A DNA stretch of 64,000 nt from Trichomonas gallinae (lineage: Eukaryota). Under the pieces are notes generated by a model, which saw nothing but the letters and a program-made list of their open reading frames with translations, did not search any database and was not told the origin of the DNA. Positions 1 to 10,107 of this stretch are shown here, in pieces (the stretch's first letter is position 1; each line of letters opens with the position of its first letter). The translations under genes and the position numbers were made by a program. The stretch is taken from assembly GCA_008369845.1 (NCBI GenBank), contig MRSU01000563.1, positions 1-64,000 of the forward strand, given 5' to 3'.

Positions 1-1
1 A

Positions 2-73
2 TGTCCCAGGCCAGAATCGAACTGGCCTCTGATCCGTGTCAAGGATCCATTCTAACCAATATACTACTGGGAC
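2..73 (-). tRNA. tRNA-Val, anticodon GAC
   Basis: Reverse complement folds as a cloverleaf: acceptor GTCCCAG/CTGGGAC plus discriminator A, D-loop with TGG, anticodon stem GATCC/GGATC around loop TTGACAC, T-arm GCCAG-TTCGATT-CTGGC. 72 nt, no intron. Confidence 0.95.
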
Positions 74-202
74 TTTACATCTTTTCAATAATATATATAT
101 TTATAATAAAAGAAATCTAAATTTTGGCGGTTTTTGTAAAGTGTGATCGCGTAACAAAATAATAACCTTTTTCTCTCGGTTATCTTCGTTTTTTTGTATT
201 CT

Positions 203-3200
203 ATGGATAATACGACGAAACTCGAGGATATTATTCTTTCCAGGCACGAGCTTTTAACTAGGGTTAAAGCTGATTCCAAAAAATTCCGAAATGAAAATGA
301 TCCATTTCAAAAAACACAATATTTCATACAATTTCTTTCATCACTTAGTGATTACATTGCGAATGAACACGATAAAGAAAACACTGATTACTATTTCTCG
401 AAATATTGTAAAATTATTGCTGATTATTCACCATTAATCAGAGAAAACATACCAATCTTCTTTCAAACAATGCAAATACTTATATCAATGGCATATTCCA
501 ATCCTATGCCCGAATATATTAACATTTACATATCTTTCGCAATAACAGGATTTAATTTTGTTGATCAATACCAAGTTTCGACAAATGTATTATACAACTT
601 AATCGATGTTATATTCAATACAGAAAAGTTATTCTATCCATTTTGTATATACAATGGAATTCAATTATTATTTCATAATTCATTCGTTGGTAATGATCGA
701 AAAGACAAAATATCGGTCTTCGCTGCAAATAACATACCTTCTTTACTAAATCTTAAACTAATTCACTATATAGATTATGAAAGTTTTCTCCAAAATTTAA
801 TAGATGTTGCTTGTTCGCATATAATTCTTCAGCAAAACATTTTGAACGCGTGTTTGTTTGTTGCAAGACTTATTGGTCGATGCTCTAAAGAAGCACATGG
901 TTGGCCAAAGTATTTCGCAGCTCATGATGGTTTTGTAACAATGGATTTATTACTTGCGAATTCAAGCATTGAAGATAAATGTTTGGTTTACTCTGAATTG
1001 ATAGAAGTCGAAAATCCAGACTGGAAACCTCCTCCTAACCTAGACACTATTGCTCATATTAAATTATTGTTCGACAACCAAATCGAAAATCAGCAATTTT
1101 TCTTAAAAGTTTTGATCGAAACAATAAAAATTCATCCAGATTGTGCATCGAATATCGACGCGAAAACTCCAATAACAAGCTGGATGACGATGAAAAACAG
1201 TAATGTTCTTCTTTATCTTGAACTAATAGAAGCAATAAACCAAAGTTCACCAGCAGCTGTCAAAAACGCTCTGCCATATCTTTTTAGGACAATGTTCAGT
1301 GATGAAAAATACGTAGAATATTTACTAAGAGTTTTGGATATTTTCGCATATCAGCTTAAAAACAAATACATGGACACAAACATGCTCCTGGAGATTGGCT
1401 TTTTAGCTGTCTTTGTATTTTCAGGAAATGGGAGATTGTTGAATTTGCTGAAAAACAGTGAAGCTTTAACAGACATTTTATGCCAAATTTACCAAACAGA
1501 AGAAGCTCTTTCCTTTAGGAATCAAATTCTTAAATCTCTTTGTGATGTTGTTGAATTGCAAGCTATTAATAATGGAATCAAATGCATTTCTTCGTTTATT
1601 GCTGATTCACAAGATTTTTCATCATTAAAATTCGTTTTGGATCTTATTGAGAGGAAACCATCCATGCTGCGCATCATTAATCAAAGCTTTATTAAATCAC
1701 ATAGCTTCTGTGAGAAATTTGTCCATAATCAGTTAAATTGGCTTGTTGACTGTTTTAGGAGTCAAAAAATATCAGAAGAAGACTTTTTGACAACTATTTC
1801 TTTCATTTCCCATGAAATTCATTTTGAAGAAGTAGACACAGAAATACTGATTTTGATGGATGAGAATTTGCTTAAGTTAGAAAACAAGGAAGTTGTTGAA
1901 TTGGCAGCTTATGGAAGAAATATTGAAAGAAGACTAATAATGGTTCATCCTTTGGCAAAATTCATCGAAATTCCCGAAACTTTACATCCTTATTCAGAAG
2001 CAGTTTTGGGTTATTATAATACGAAAACAAGAGAACATCCAGAACTTTATAATAGGTATATATCGGATTCCGATTTTGAAATATTAATGAAAGAAATGAA
2101 TTTTGAAATTATCGAAAACTTTGATCATTCACCTTTATTTTACATGGATTCTAATTCAAGTGTATCGATCAATGGAACATTTTCTTTCATTTCTTTTTGG
2201 TTTAAACCAATCATAATCGAAAATTCTGACTTCCTTAAAGCCAAAAATGTCAAAGCTAGTTTTAATGACTCAAAATTATTTGTTAAATCTGATGAACAGT
2301 CAATGGAGTACGAAATCAAAATGAATGAATGGAATTTCATTGCAATACAAATAGAACTATATGCGTTGAAAGTCAACTTCAATGGAATATCAACAGTATT
2401 TAGTTTATTGAAGATGGATTCACAATTCGACAAAATTTCATTGGTGTCGAAAAATTCCAAATTGTTTATTTCTCCAGCAATAAGAATTTCACAAGGAAAC
2501 ATAATCGAATATGATCATTTGATAAGAAAAGGACCATTAAACATAAATCCAGCAAATGAATTAGAAGAAGAGACAATAATAAATTGCTGGAATTTATTCA
2601 ATCATAAAAATCCATTCTCAGACAATCACAAGAGCAAAAGTTTTCCTTACAAGAACTTTCATTTGAAATTCTCAACGAATTTCTTTGTGATTCCTTATTA
2701 TGGGCTTCCGGCACATTTCATGAATTTCACAGCAATGTCAAAACTTTTTGATTTCATAGAAAAATCTGAAAACAAATCTGAAAATCTTAAAGTTGCATTA
2801 CAAATATTTGCAATTAATAAATCAAAGCAAAAAAGATTCATCTACAGATTGTCAAGACTGAAATATTTGTTTGATAATCAAGAGTTAACAGATTTTGTTA
2901 TACAAAAACTAGATGAAGTTTTCAACTCGAAATATTTAATCGAAAATCTAGTGAAAGAAAACTGTTTAAACGAGAGAATGATTGAATCCATTCTAATTAA
3001 ATATAACAGAAAGTCATTCACACAAAGATTTGAACATCTTTTATGCGAAAACTTGATAGCAAATGAAAATTTGATTCCAATAATTTTGGACAAAATCACA
3101 GAATTTACAATTGTTCCAAAATTTGTCATCGCTTTATTGAGAATTGGCCATTTGAATAATTATGAATCACAGCAGCTTAGAATTATTGATATCATAACAG

Positions 3201-6200
3201 AGCATCTTATTCTCAAAGAGAATTTCGCAAAGATTATCGTTGATTATCTTCCTTACGAAAATTTGCAAAATCTGTTTTTAGAAACAAATGACAAAGATAA
3301 AGCACTGAAGATTTTCATTTTGATTGCAAACATACATAATAAGATTGATAATTACGCAAAATTTTCTCTCCAGTTCTGCTTTTCATTGATGAGACTCAAA
3401 GATTACAAAGAAGTCTGGAATTATATCCTTGAATTCCAAAACCAAAAGATTATTCCAAGAATTGCTGTATTACACATGGTATGGGCAGTCTTAGTCAGCT
3501 CATTTTACTCAGTTGCTTTCGGAAATGGAGAAAAACATCAATGTGAAGAATTAGCATTAACTGCTCTGGAAGAATTAAGAAATAATATACAAAATTTAAT
3601 CAATACTCCTGACTGTTATTCATTTATTTTACATATGTTCCCACTTATCTTTTATTCTAAGACATTATTTGCTGTTCATTATGAATCGAATTTTGCAGAA
3701 ATTGAAAAAGTTGAAGTCGATGATTTTGATCAAAATCAAATAACAGATGAATTCTTAGGAACAAACAATGCTAATAATACAATAGAAAAACCAGAATCAA
3801 TCTCAATTATTGACCTCATTAGAAATGATCTATGCGATTTAATAGATAAGCCTGAATTCAATAATTTCAATGCCGCTGCTGTTGTTAATTATTTCGTTGA
3901 TCATCCATTAATTGGTTTTATTTCAGATTTTATTCAGAACATTAGTAATCCATCAAAAGCTGTTTTCGTTGCTTTTATTTTCAATTCTTATCTTTATGAC
4001 AATGAAATCGGCGAAATTGTTGGAAAAGAAATTTCTCACGCTATTTTTAACAATGCTGAAAAACAAAGAAACAAATGGATCAAACAGTTATTAACATTCT
4101 TCAGATATAAAATAGAAAACGGAATATCATCATCTAAGCCATTTTATTTAGTGAAAGATTTGGTTGATTTGGCATCAAATATTATTTTTATGAAAGAATC
4201 ATTAGCAAATCAGTTTTCATTGACATTAATAACAATTTTATCACAAGTTGACTCAAAATCTGTTGTTGTAATATTCTCTATTTTCTTTGGAAGAGAAGAA
4301 ACAATTTTGAAAATTATCGAAAATTGCACGATTAAAAATCAGTGGCTAAATGTTTTGAACCAATTTGAAAATTCGCAGAAATTAGTTAACTTGATCAATA
4401 AAATGAAAATTAAGGACAAAGAAGTTGAAGAACTTAGTCCAAAGATTATGTATGAAAATTCTCAAAATGAAGTCTTTAATTCATTCATTTCCTCCATTAG
4501 TTCAAACATGAAACAAAACTTAACATCTCTTTATCATGCAAAATGCAAAAGTTTTATTCTTCTTGAGTATTTTAAGAGATTTATATCAACAACAAAATTC
4601 TCAAATGTAGAATATTGGTCAGAAGATATCAAATTTAATTCTGTTTCATCAAAAACAACAAAATTCATTCCTCAGTTTTCCATTGACTCAAAACAACCGA
4701 AATATGAAATATTTGATAATTTATCAAATAAAGAAAATTATCTAAATTCAAAAATCACAAATCCTGATGAACATTGCAACATTTTAGAAAGATTTTTAAT
4801 AGAATTCGGAAGAGCAAATGTTTATTTCAATGTCTGTCTTATAAGAAGCAAGAATTTCATTATGTCTGTTTGTTTCATGTATCATGATGCTGTTGTTTTT
4901 CTTCTTGGAGCTCAAATTGATGATAATGAACTTAAATTTGTTGAATATGATAAAAATTTTGTCATGAAGGAAGTTTTCAATTCAACATTTGGATCAACTG
5001 TAAGGTTCTTTAGTTCTGTTGTGTTGATGATAGAAAAGAAATCGATTTTATCTATTCTTAAATTATCAGACAAATCAATTGGATTTTGGACAATCAAAAA
5101 CGGCCATTTTGTTATATCATGCAGTCCAAATGATATCCAACGCTCAGACAAATATATGAATGATATCATTTCATTCGGGAATACAACAATAGAAGAACTC
5201 ACAAATGTTTATGAAGATTTCAAAAATGGAAAAATTGAAACCGAAGAATTTGTAACAAAATACAACATTTTGCATGAACATACCTACGCAAACAGTGATA
5301 TAACTGTCATAAATCAATCCAATGAAATTGTTCTATTTGATCCAAATGCAGATTACAATGATGTTGAATACAAAAACAACTTGATTTCCTATTTGGCAGA
5401 AAAAGACGAAAATTTAGAGAATTTATCTAAATACAACAAATGCAAATACATTAAATTTGATACCCTTTCGTCAACAAAACTTCCACTTGTCTTCCAAATT
5501 GCAAAAGAAAATCCTGATTTAGAATATTTGTCTGAAAAGAGCAAGAAAGAATATTTATTCACCAAAAGTAATGATTATTCTGCAAAGATTGATGGAAATT
5601 CATTAAGAGTTACTTTTTACGGAAAAGATGAGCAAATAATTTGGCGCGATTCATTACTGCAATATGCAATACATGTCTCATCTAATAAGGAATTCTGCTC
5701 AGTTTGCACGAAGATAGGAATCATATTAGTTTTCAGAATCGTTTGCAATGAAAACGAAGGATTAATTTACAATGCTTCACAGATAGAATGTAGCTCTTGC
5801 TCTGAATCTGCTTTATTTGCTGATGAATTTTTATTGGCTCATCATAATGGAAAAGAATTGACAATGACATTTTTCCCAATTTGCCAAAAAATAGAATCAA
5901 ATATTTTCGATGATGAAATTTATTCAATTTACTTCATTGATACAAAACTTTTTGTAGTTTGCAACTTTAGTTTGAATATTTTAGACTTCAAACTTAATCT
6001 GATAAAAAAGTTTGAATTTGCAAACAAATCAATTTGCTCTTGTCATTGTGGACTTTCTCATTTTGGCGGAGTAATTGTCTGTCATAAGAACAACGAAATT
6101 TCTTGCATTTCGGAAGAAATACACAAAAGCAAAGTTTCAACAGACGCCAAAATTGTTTCTTTGCAATGTGATAAAGATGGCCACATTGCATGCTGCAAGC

Positions 6201-6412
6201 TCAGCAACAATAAAAACGTCATCATCACTGCTCAATGTCTTGGAGGAAATGTTGAATTTATTTCAAGTAATATTGAAAATTGCAACATTTGTGGTAAGCA
6301 CTCGCATCATGTCTGTCCTTCTTGCCTTCGTTCATTGTGTTCGAAATGCTATGGAAGAGACACAATTTGCCCTCTTTGTTTGGAGTTTTCTCTCCAGCAA
6401 TCTCAAAAATAG
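203..6412 (+). CDS. Large BEACH-family-like protein (helical N-terminus, ConA/LamG-like, PH-like, vestigial BEACH, WD40-like, C-terminal Cys zinc finger)
   Basis: About 2070-aa open frame; first ATG at 203 (the track starts at TTG 194). FSFISFWFKP...NEWNFIAI is LamG-like. NGKIETEEFVTKYNILHEHTYAN resembles the start of a BEACH domain. The C-terminus has four CxxC pairs. The CDS is secure; the family call is moderate. Confidence 0.7.
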   Translation: MDNTTKLEDIILSRHELLTRVKADSKKFRNENDPFQKTQYFIQFLSSLSDYIANEHDKENTDYYFSKYCKIIADYSPLIRENIPIFFQTMQILISMAYSNPMPEYINIYISFAITGFNFVDQYQVSTNVLYNLIDVIFNTEKLFYPFCIYNGIQLLFHNSFVGNDRKDKISVFAANNIPSLLNLKLIHYIDYESFLQNLIDVACSHIILQQNILNACLFVARLIGRCSKEAHGWPKYFAAHDGFVTMDLLLANSSIEDKCLVYSELIEVENPDWKPPPNLDTIAHIKLLFDNQIENQQFFLKVLIETIKIHPDCASNIDAKTPITSWMTMKNSNVLLYLELIEAINQSSPAAVKNALPYLFRTMFSDEKYVEYLLRVLDIFAYQLKNKYMDTNMLLEIGFLAVFVFSGNGRLLNLLKNSEALTDILCQIYQTEEALSFRNQILKSLCDVVELQAINNGIKCISSFIADSQDFSSLKFVLDLIERKPSMLRIINQSFIKSHSFCEKFVHNQLNWLVDCFRSQKISEEDFLTTISFISHEIHFEEVDTEILILMDENLLKLENKEVVELAAYGRNIERRLIMVHPLAKFIEIPETLHPYSEAVLGYYNTKTREHPELYNRYISDSDFEILMKEMNFEIIENFDHSPLFYMDSNSSVSINGTFSFISFWFKPIIIENSDFLKAKNVKASFNDSKLFVKSDEQSMEYEIKMNEWNFIAIQIELYALKVNFNGISTVFSLLKMDSQFDKISLVSKNSKLFISPAIRISQGNIIEYDHLIRKGPLNINPANELEEETIINCWNLFNHKNPFSDNHKSKSFPYKNFHLKFSTNFFVIPYYGLPAHFMNFTAMSKLFDFIEKSENKSENLKVALQIFAINKSKQKRFIYRLSRLKYLFDNQELTDFVIQKLDEVFNSKYLIENLVKENCLNERMIESILIKYNRKSFTQRFEHLLCENLIANENLIPIILDKITEFTIVPKFVIALLRIGHLNNYESQQLRIIDIITEHLILKENFAKIIVDYLPYENLQNLFLETNDKDKALKIFILIANIHNKIDNYAKFSLQFCFSLMRLKDYKEVWNYILEFQNQKIIPRIAVLHMVWAVLVSSFYSVAFGNGEKHQCEELALTALEELRNNIQNLINTPDCYSFILHMFPLIFYSKTLFAVHYESNFAEIEKVEVDDFDQNQITDEFLGTNNANNTIEKPESISIIDLIRNDLCDLIDKPEFNNFNAAAVVNYFVDHPLIGFISDFIQNISNPSKAVFVAFIFNSYLYDNEIGEIVGKEISHAIFNNAEKQRNKWIKQLLTFFRYKIENGISSSKPFYLVKDLVDLASNIIFMKESLANQFSLTLITILSQVDSKSVVVIFSIFFGREETILKIIENCTIKNQWLNVLNQFENSQKLVNLINKMKIKDKEVEELSPKIMYENSQNEVFNSFISSISSNMKQNLTSLYHAKCKSFILLEYFKRFISTTKFSNVEYWSEDIKFNSVSSKTTKFIPQFSIDSKQPKYEIFDNLSNKENYLNSKITNPDEHCNILERFLIEFGRANVYFNVCLIRSKNFIMSVCFMYHDAVVFLLGAQIDDNELKFVEYDKNFVMKEVFNSTFGSTVRFFSSVVLMIEKKSILSILKLSDKSIGFWTIKNGHFVISCSPNDIQRSDKYMNDIISFGNTTIEELTNVYEDFKNGKIETEEFVTKYNILHEHTYANSDITVINQSNEIVLFDPNADYNDVEYKNNLISYLAEKDENLENLSKYNKCKYIKFDTLSSTKLPLVFQIAKENPDLEYLSEKSKKEYLFTKSNDYSAKIDGNSLRVTFYGKDEQIIWRDSLLQYAIHVSSNKEFCSVCTKIGIILVFRIVCNENEGLIYNASQIECSSCSESALFADEFLLAHHNGKELTMTFFPICQKIESNIFDDEIYSIYFIDTKLFVVCNFSLNILDFKLNLIKKFEFANKSICSCHCGLSHFGGVIVCHKNNEISCISEEIHKSKVSTDAKIVSLQCDKDGHIACCKLSNNKNVIITAQCLGGNVEFISSNIENCNICGKHSHHVCPSCLRSLCSKCYGRDTICPLCLEFSLQQSQK

Positions 6413-6599
6413 ATTTTATAATAGACTGTAGTAAATTTATATTTTAATGTTTATTTTAACAAAATATATGATATCATATATATGAATAATGATCAAAACT
6501 TATACGAAACCAAATATTTTCTTAAATTCTCTAAAAGCTTTTGATATTTTATGGAGTAATAGTAAAATTATATATAATCAAAAAATTCAATATTTATTT

Positions 6600-7685
6600 C
6601 TAAAATAGATCAGAATATATTGGGGCAATGAATATATAGGATACAAATCCTCTACAATATGAATCAGTGCAAAACTCTTTTAGGTTAAATGTTTCATAAA
6701 CAGTAATTCTTGCATATCCGTTACCAAAATTGGCTCCAGTAACAAAAACTGGATTACTTATACTATATGGGCCTGTTTGAGATAGAGTGTAGTAACCTTT
6801 CTCAAGCACTGTTCCATTGCCAGCCTTCACGGTTATCAAGTTTTTCGGTATAGGAATTTGTTCATTCAAAGCAAAACTTGAGCCTCCTGATGCTCCTGAA
6901 TTATGAAATGGAGCATCAACATAGCCTCCAAAGAAGCCACCTCCTGCACCAGGTTTTTCGGCAATTGTTTTGAATCCGCTCATTCCATAGCCGAAAGAAA
7001 ATCCTTTCAATGTAGAAACTTCCGAGCTTTGATTATATATTCCGTTATTAAAATATCCTTGTCCTGGAAGGCCTCCAGCACCTCCTGTGCCATCATCACC
7101 TCCTCCTAGGGTCCCAATAAAGTTATCAGACCCACCTCCACCCCCAGCAACCAAAATCCGGGTGAAAAGTGAGTTTCTTTCTATGCGGAAATCAGTGGCT
7201 CCTCCCCCAGAACCCGCACCATTTGCACCATCTCCTGAAATGGAGGAGCCACCTCCATTATAACCTCCTAAGTTTTCAGAGGTAGAGGAAGAATATGAAC
7301 CTTGTCCACCAATATTTATAAATAATTCAGCATTGGTTTTAAGGTTCAAAATTCCGGAAGCATAACCTCCTGCACCTGCACTTGATGATGTAGATGGACA
7401 GGAGTAATTACCTCCAATGGATATAATCTCGGATTGATACAAACATTCCGCCGGGTTTGAAGGATTTCGAGGCGATGATATGTACATGCCATAGTATCCT
7501 GCACTAGCACCAAATGCTTCCAATTTGTACTTTCCAGGCTTCAATTGAATTTGAATTGGAGAGCAATAGCGCGAATCTATGCATGGATACTTCAATGTAT
7601 ATTTTCCATTTTCATACCAACTTAAGCCTGCATAGTTGGTGACGTTTAATACTCCGAGTAGCCGAGTGACTACGACGTAAAAGTG
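6600..7685 (-). CDS. Glycine-rich domain protein (ALK/LTK GRD-like trichomonad family); no N-terminal ATG, possibly a pseudogene
   Basis: Family motifs YPC..C...LKPGKYKLEAFGA, GGYNGGG, SGGGATDFR, RILVAGGGGG, GNGYARIT. The frame stays open upstream of 7595 to a TGA at 7686-7688 without an ATG. Confidence 0.75.
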   Translation of the reverse strand, partial: HFYVVVTRLLGVLNVTNYAGLSWYENGKYTLKYPCIDSRYCSPIQIQLKPGKYKLEAFGASAGYYGMYISSPRNPSNPAECLYQSEIISIGGNYSCPSTSSSAGAGGYASGILNLKTNAELFINIGGQGSYSSSTSENLGGYNGGGSSISGDGANGAGSGGGATDFRIERNSLFTRILVAGGGGGSDNFIGTLGGGDDGTGGAGGLPGQGYFNNGIYNQSSEVSTLKGFSFGYGMSGFKTIAEKPGAGGGFFGGYVDAPFHNSGASGGSSFALNEQIPIPKNLITVKAGNGTVLEKGYYTLSQTGPYSISNPVFVTGANFGNGYARITVYETFNLKEFCTDSYCRGFVSYIFIAPIYSDLF

Positions 7686-7965
7686 TCACATTTTATGTAA
7701 AGAGCTTTTAACCTTATTTTTATATATATGCAATCTGTCATTTTGCAAATTTATGAATTTTACATGGCATATTTAAAAATTTACATGGCATAGTATTAAT
7801 ATTTTTTTAATAAATAAATATTGATACTGATACCAGTTCTATCACATCTAAGATAGCAAAAACGATAGATATATTTTCAAAAAAAAAATATGATTAAATT
7901 TGAAGTATGTTAGTTGCAATTAAATACTATTAAAAGGTTAGTTTATGAGATACATGTAGTAGCTA

Positions 7966-9376
7966 TCAAGTCATCCAACTGTTCATAGCTTGGATAATCG
8001 AAGAATCTCTATGAACATAAGCGTATCCATGTCTCCAGGATATGAAGTTGCTGCTGAATTGAATGCTTTGACATAAGGTCTGTCAATGCATCCACTGCAT
8101 GTTGTTGTGCATTTATCGCATGTTGAAATTCTATCTGGAATCCCCATTGCTTCATTGGATGCCTTATAATACGAAAGTAAAACCATTCTGATTGGATAGT
8201 CTTCTTTGTTATTGCTTGCTCCATATGGATTTGTGAACAACTTGACTTCAAATGATCTGTGTGTCTCTGCTGAGCATCCTTTAATGAGAACACAGTCTTC
8301 ATCATGTATATCTCTTGATGAAGATCCATCACTTTGCTGGTCATGCTCATCATTTTGAATGACTTTGTGTTTTATGTCAAGAGAACATTTGTCGTTGTTT
8401 GGCTCAGAAGGATAACGTGACCACCTGATTTTGATCTTGAGAATTTCATCGTCAGTGAGATTAGCAGCCTTTAAATATTTAGTGAGGCCACCTGTGAATG
8501 AATAATAGCCATCACCTTGAACCAACAATGATGATTCTCCACCTGTTAGAACTTCAAGCCATGAAATGAAGTCATCAGGAAGTATACCTCCGAGTCATTG
8601 TTTGACTTTTCCGAAAATTACAGTCAAATCAACAGGTTGAATGTGTTTAGCAGCATCAATTCTGTATCCACTGAATCCAATTGATATCAAGTCAATCATG
8701 AAATCAGCAATTCTCTGACGTACATATTCCTTTGATGTATCAAGATCAGAAAGACCAGAAAGCCAGCCTGAATTGAGAATGTTTGTGTCATTCCATGAAT
8801 TTAAGGATTTATCGCAGTGGAAATCATCTGGTCCATATGGTACTCCTGGATACTCAAGCAGCAACAACTTTAACGTGAGAGCTGTATGATGAATCAAATG
8901 TTTTAGAATTTGAAGTTTGAGCAACACAATCAAAATAATATGTTAGATTCAATGTTTTGGATGTTTTCGTAATGATGTTGACTGTGCATGATTTCATTCC
9001 TGAGGCATATTTCAACTGTGCATAGCCAGTGAGTGTTGACATATCTTGGAAACCATGCTTCCAGTTTTCTTAGCCACGAGATGGAGTGTTCCACAAATTT
9101 CCTGAATATTGCGACTCCATTTCAATTTGCTTGATGAACCTTGGCAAGTAAATGAACTGTAAACATTGCAATCAGACAATGTATCATAAGAATTAGAAAC
9201 TGATGCATTCTTCTTGTTAAATGAGAATGTCAATATCACTGCAAAAATGATACTAATGGAAATTAATCCTGCAATTGCAAGAGAAATGTTTCTCCATTCC
9301 TTGTTTCTGATTCAGATGGAATTGTTTCCATTCCATCATCTAGATTAAGAAGTGGATCTTCATTAACCACAGACAT
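7966..9376 (-). pseudogene. Disrupted alpha-amylase (GH13) with N-terminal membrane anchor
   Basis: ATG at 9376. Hydrophobic stretch ISLAIAGLISISIIFAVILTF lies in a shifted frame. GH13 motifs GYRIDAAKHI, WLEV, QNDEHDQQ. In-frame TGA at 8595-8597, several frameshifts, and the N-terminal half of the catalytic barrel appears to be missing. The terminal VHRDSSIIQAMNSWMT* is in a shifted frame. Confidence 0.88.
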
Positions 9377-10107
9377 AGAAATAAATGAAGTCATTGATTC
9401 ATGCGCTAAAGAAAACAGCAAACATATTCAATTTTGGCCAATTTTCAATTTTTTTTTCAGAAAAATGGCGTTATATTTTTAGTATATTTAATTGATATTC
9501 AGTTATATGTACTGTTATAAATAGAATTATGGTTTGAATCCTTATTTAAAATTGTTTACATTTACGATAATTTGATTTTTTGATAAGCTGTCAATTTCTT
9601 TATATTTTGAATTAATGAAAATATAGAAATATTCTAATATTTAAGCCAAAAATAAGCTTATTTTATGTAAATTTAACATCAAATCTCTTGAATATTAAAA
9701 ACAATTGAACCAAAAAAAATTGATTTTGAATTAACCAAGCATGTATTATTGTATATAACATGGATTTAATACCTTTTACATAGAAAATTTTATTATGAAA
9801 GGTTTAATTTAATACTCAAAATTTTATTTAGGATAAATCGATCACTCACATAGTTTTATGATGTGCACTGTTACACAACATATTATATATTACAAATTTC
9901 CAAAATAAAAAGATTCATATATATTCTAACAAATAGATTGCGAAAGTGATATTATTTGATTGTCAATGAGGTTATCAGTATCAAAATCATTTGAACGATG
10001 GCCAAAATTGAAAAGATTGAGAAGAAAAACATTGTTCTAAACGCGGTAGTAATCTGAAAAGATTGATTGATTGAAAAATAGCAATCAATCATTTTTAAAC
10101 AATACTA

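Noticed and set aside
7628..7652. Possible 25-nt GT..AG mini-intron (minus strand) that might supply the missing start
   Set aside because: Poor branch-site match, and removing it brings no ATG into frame.
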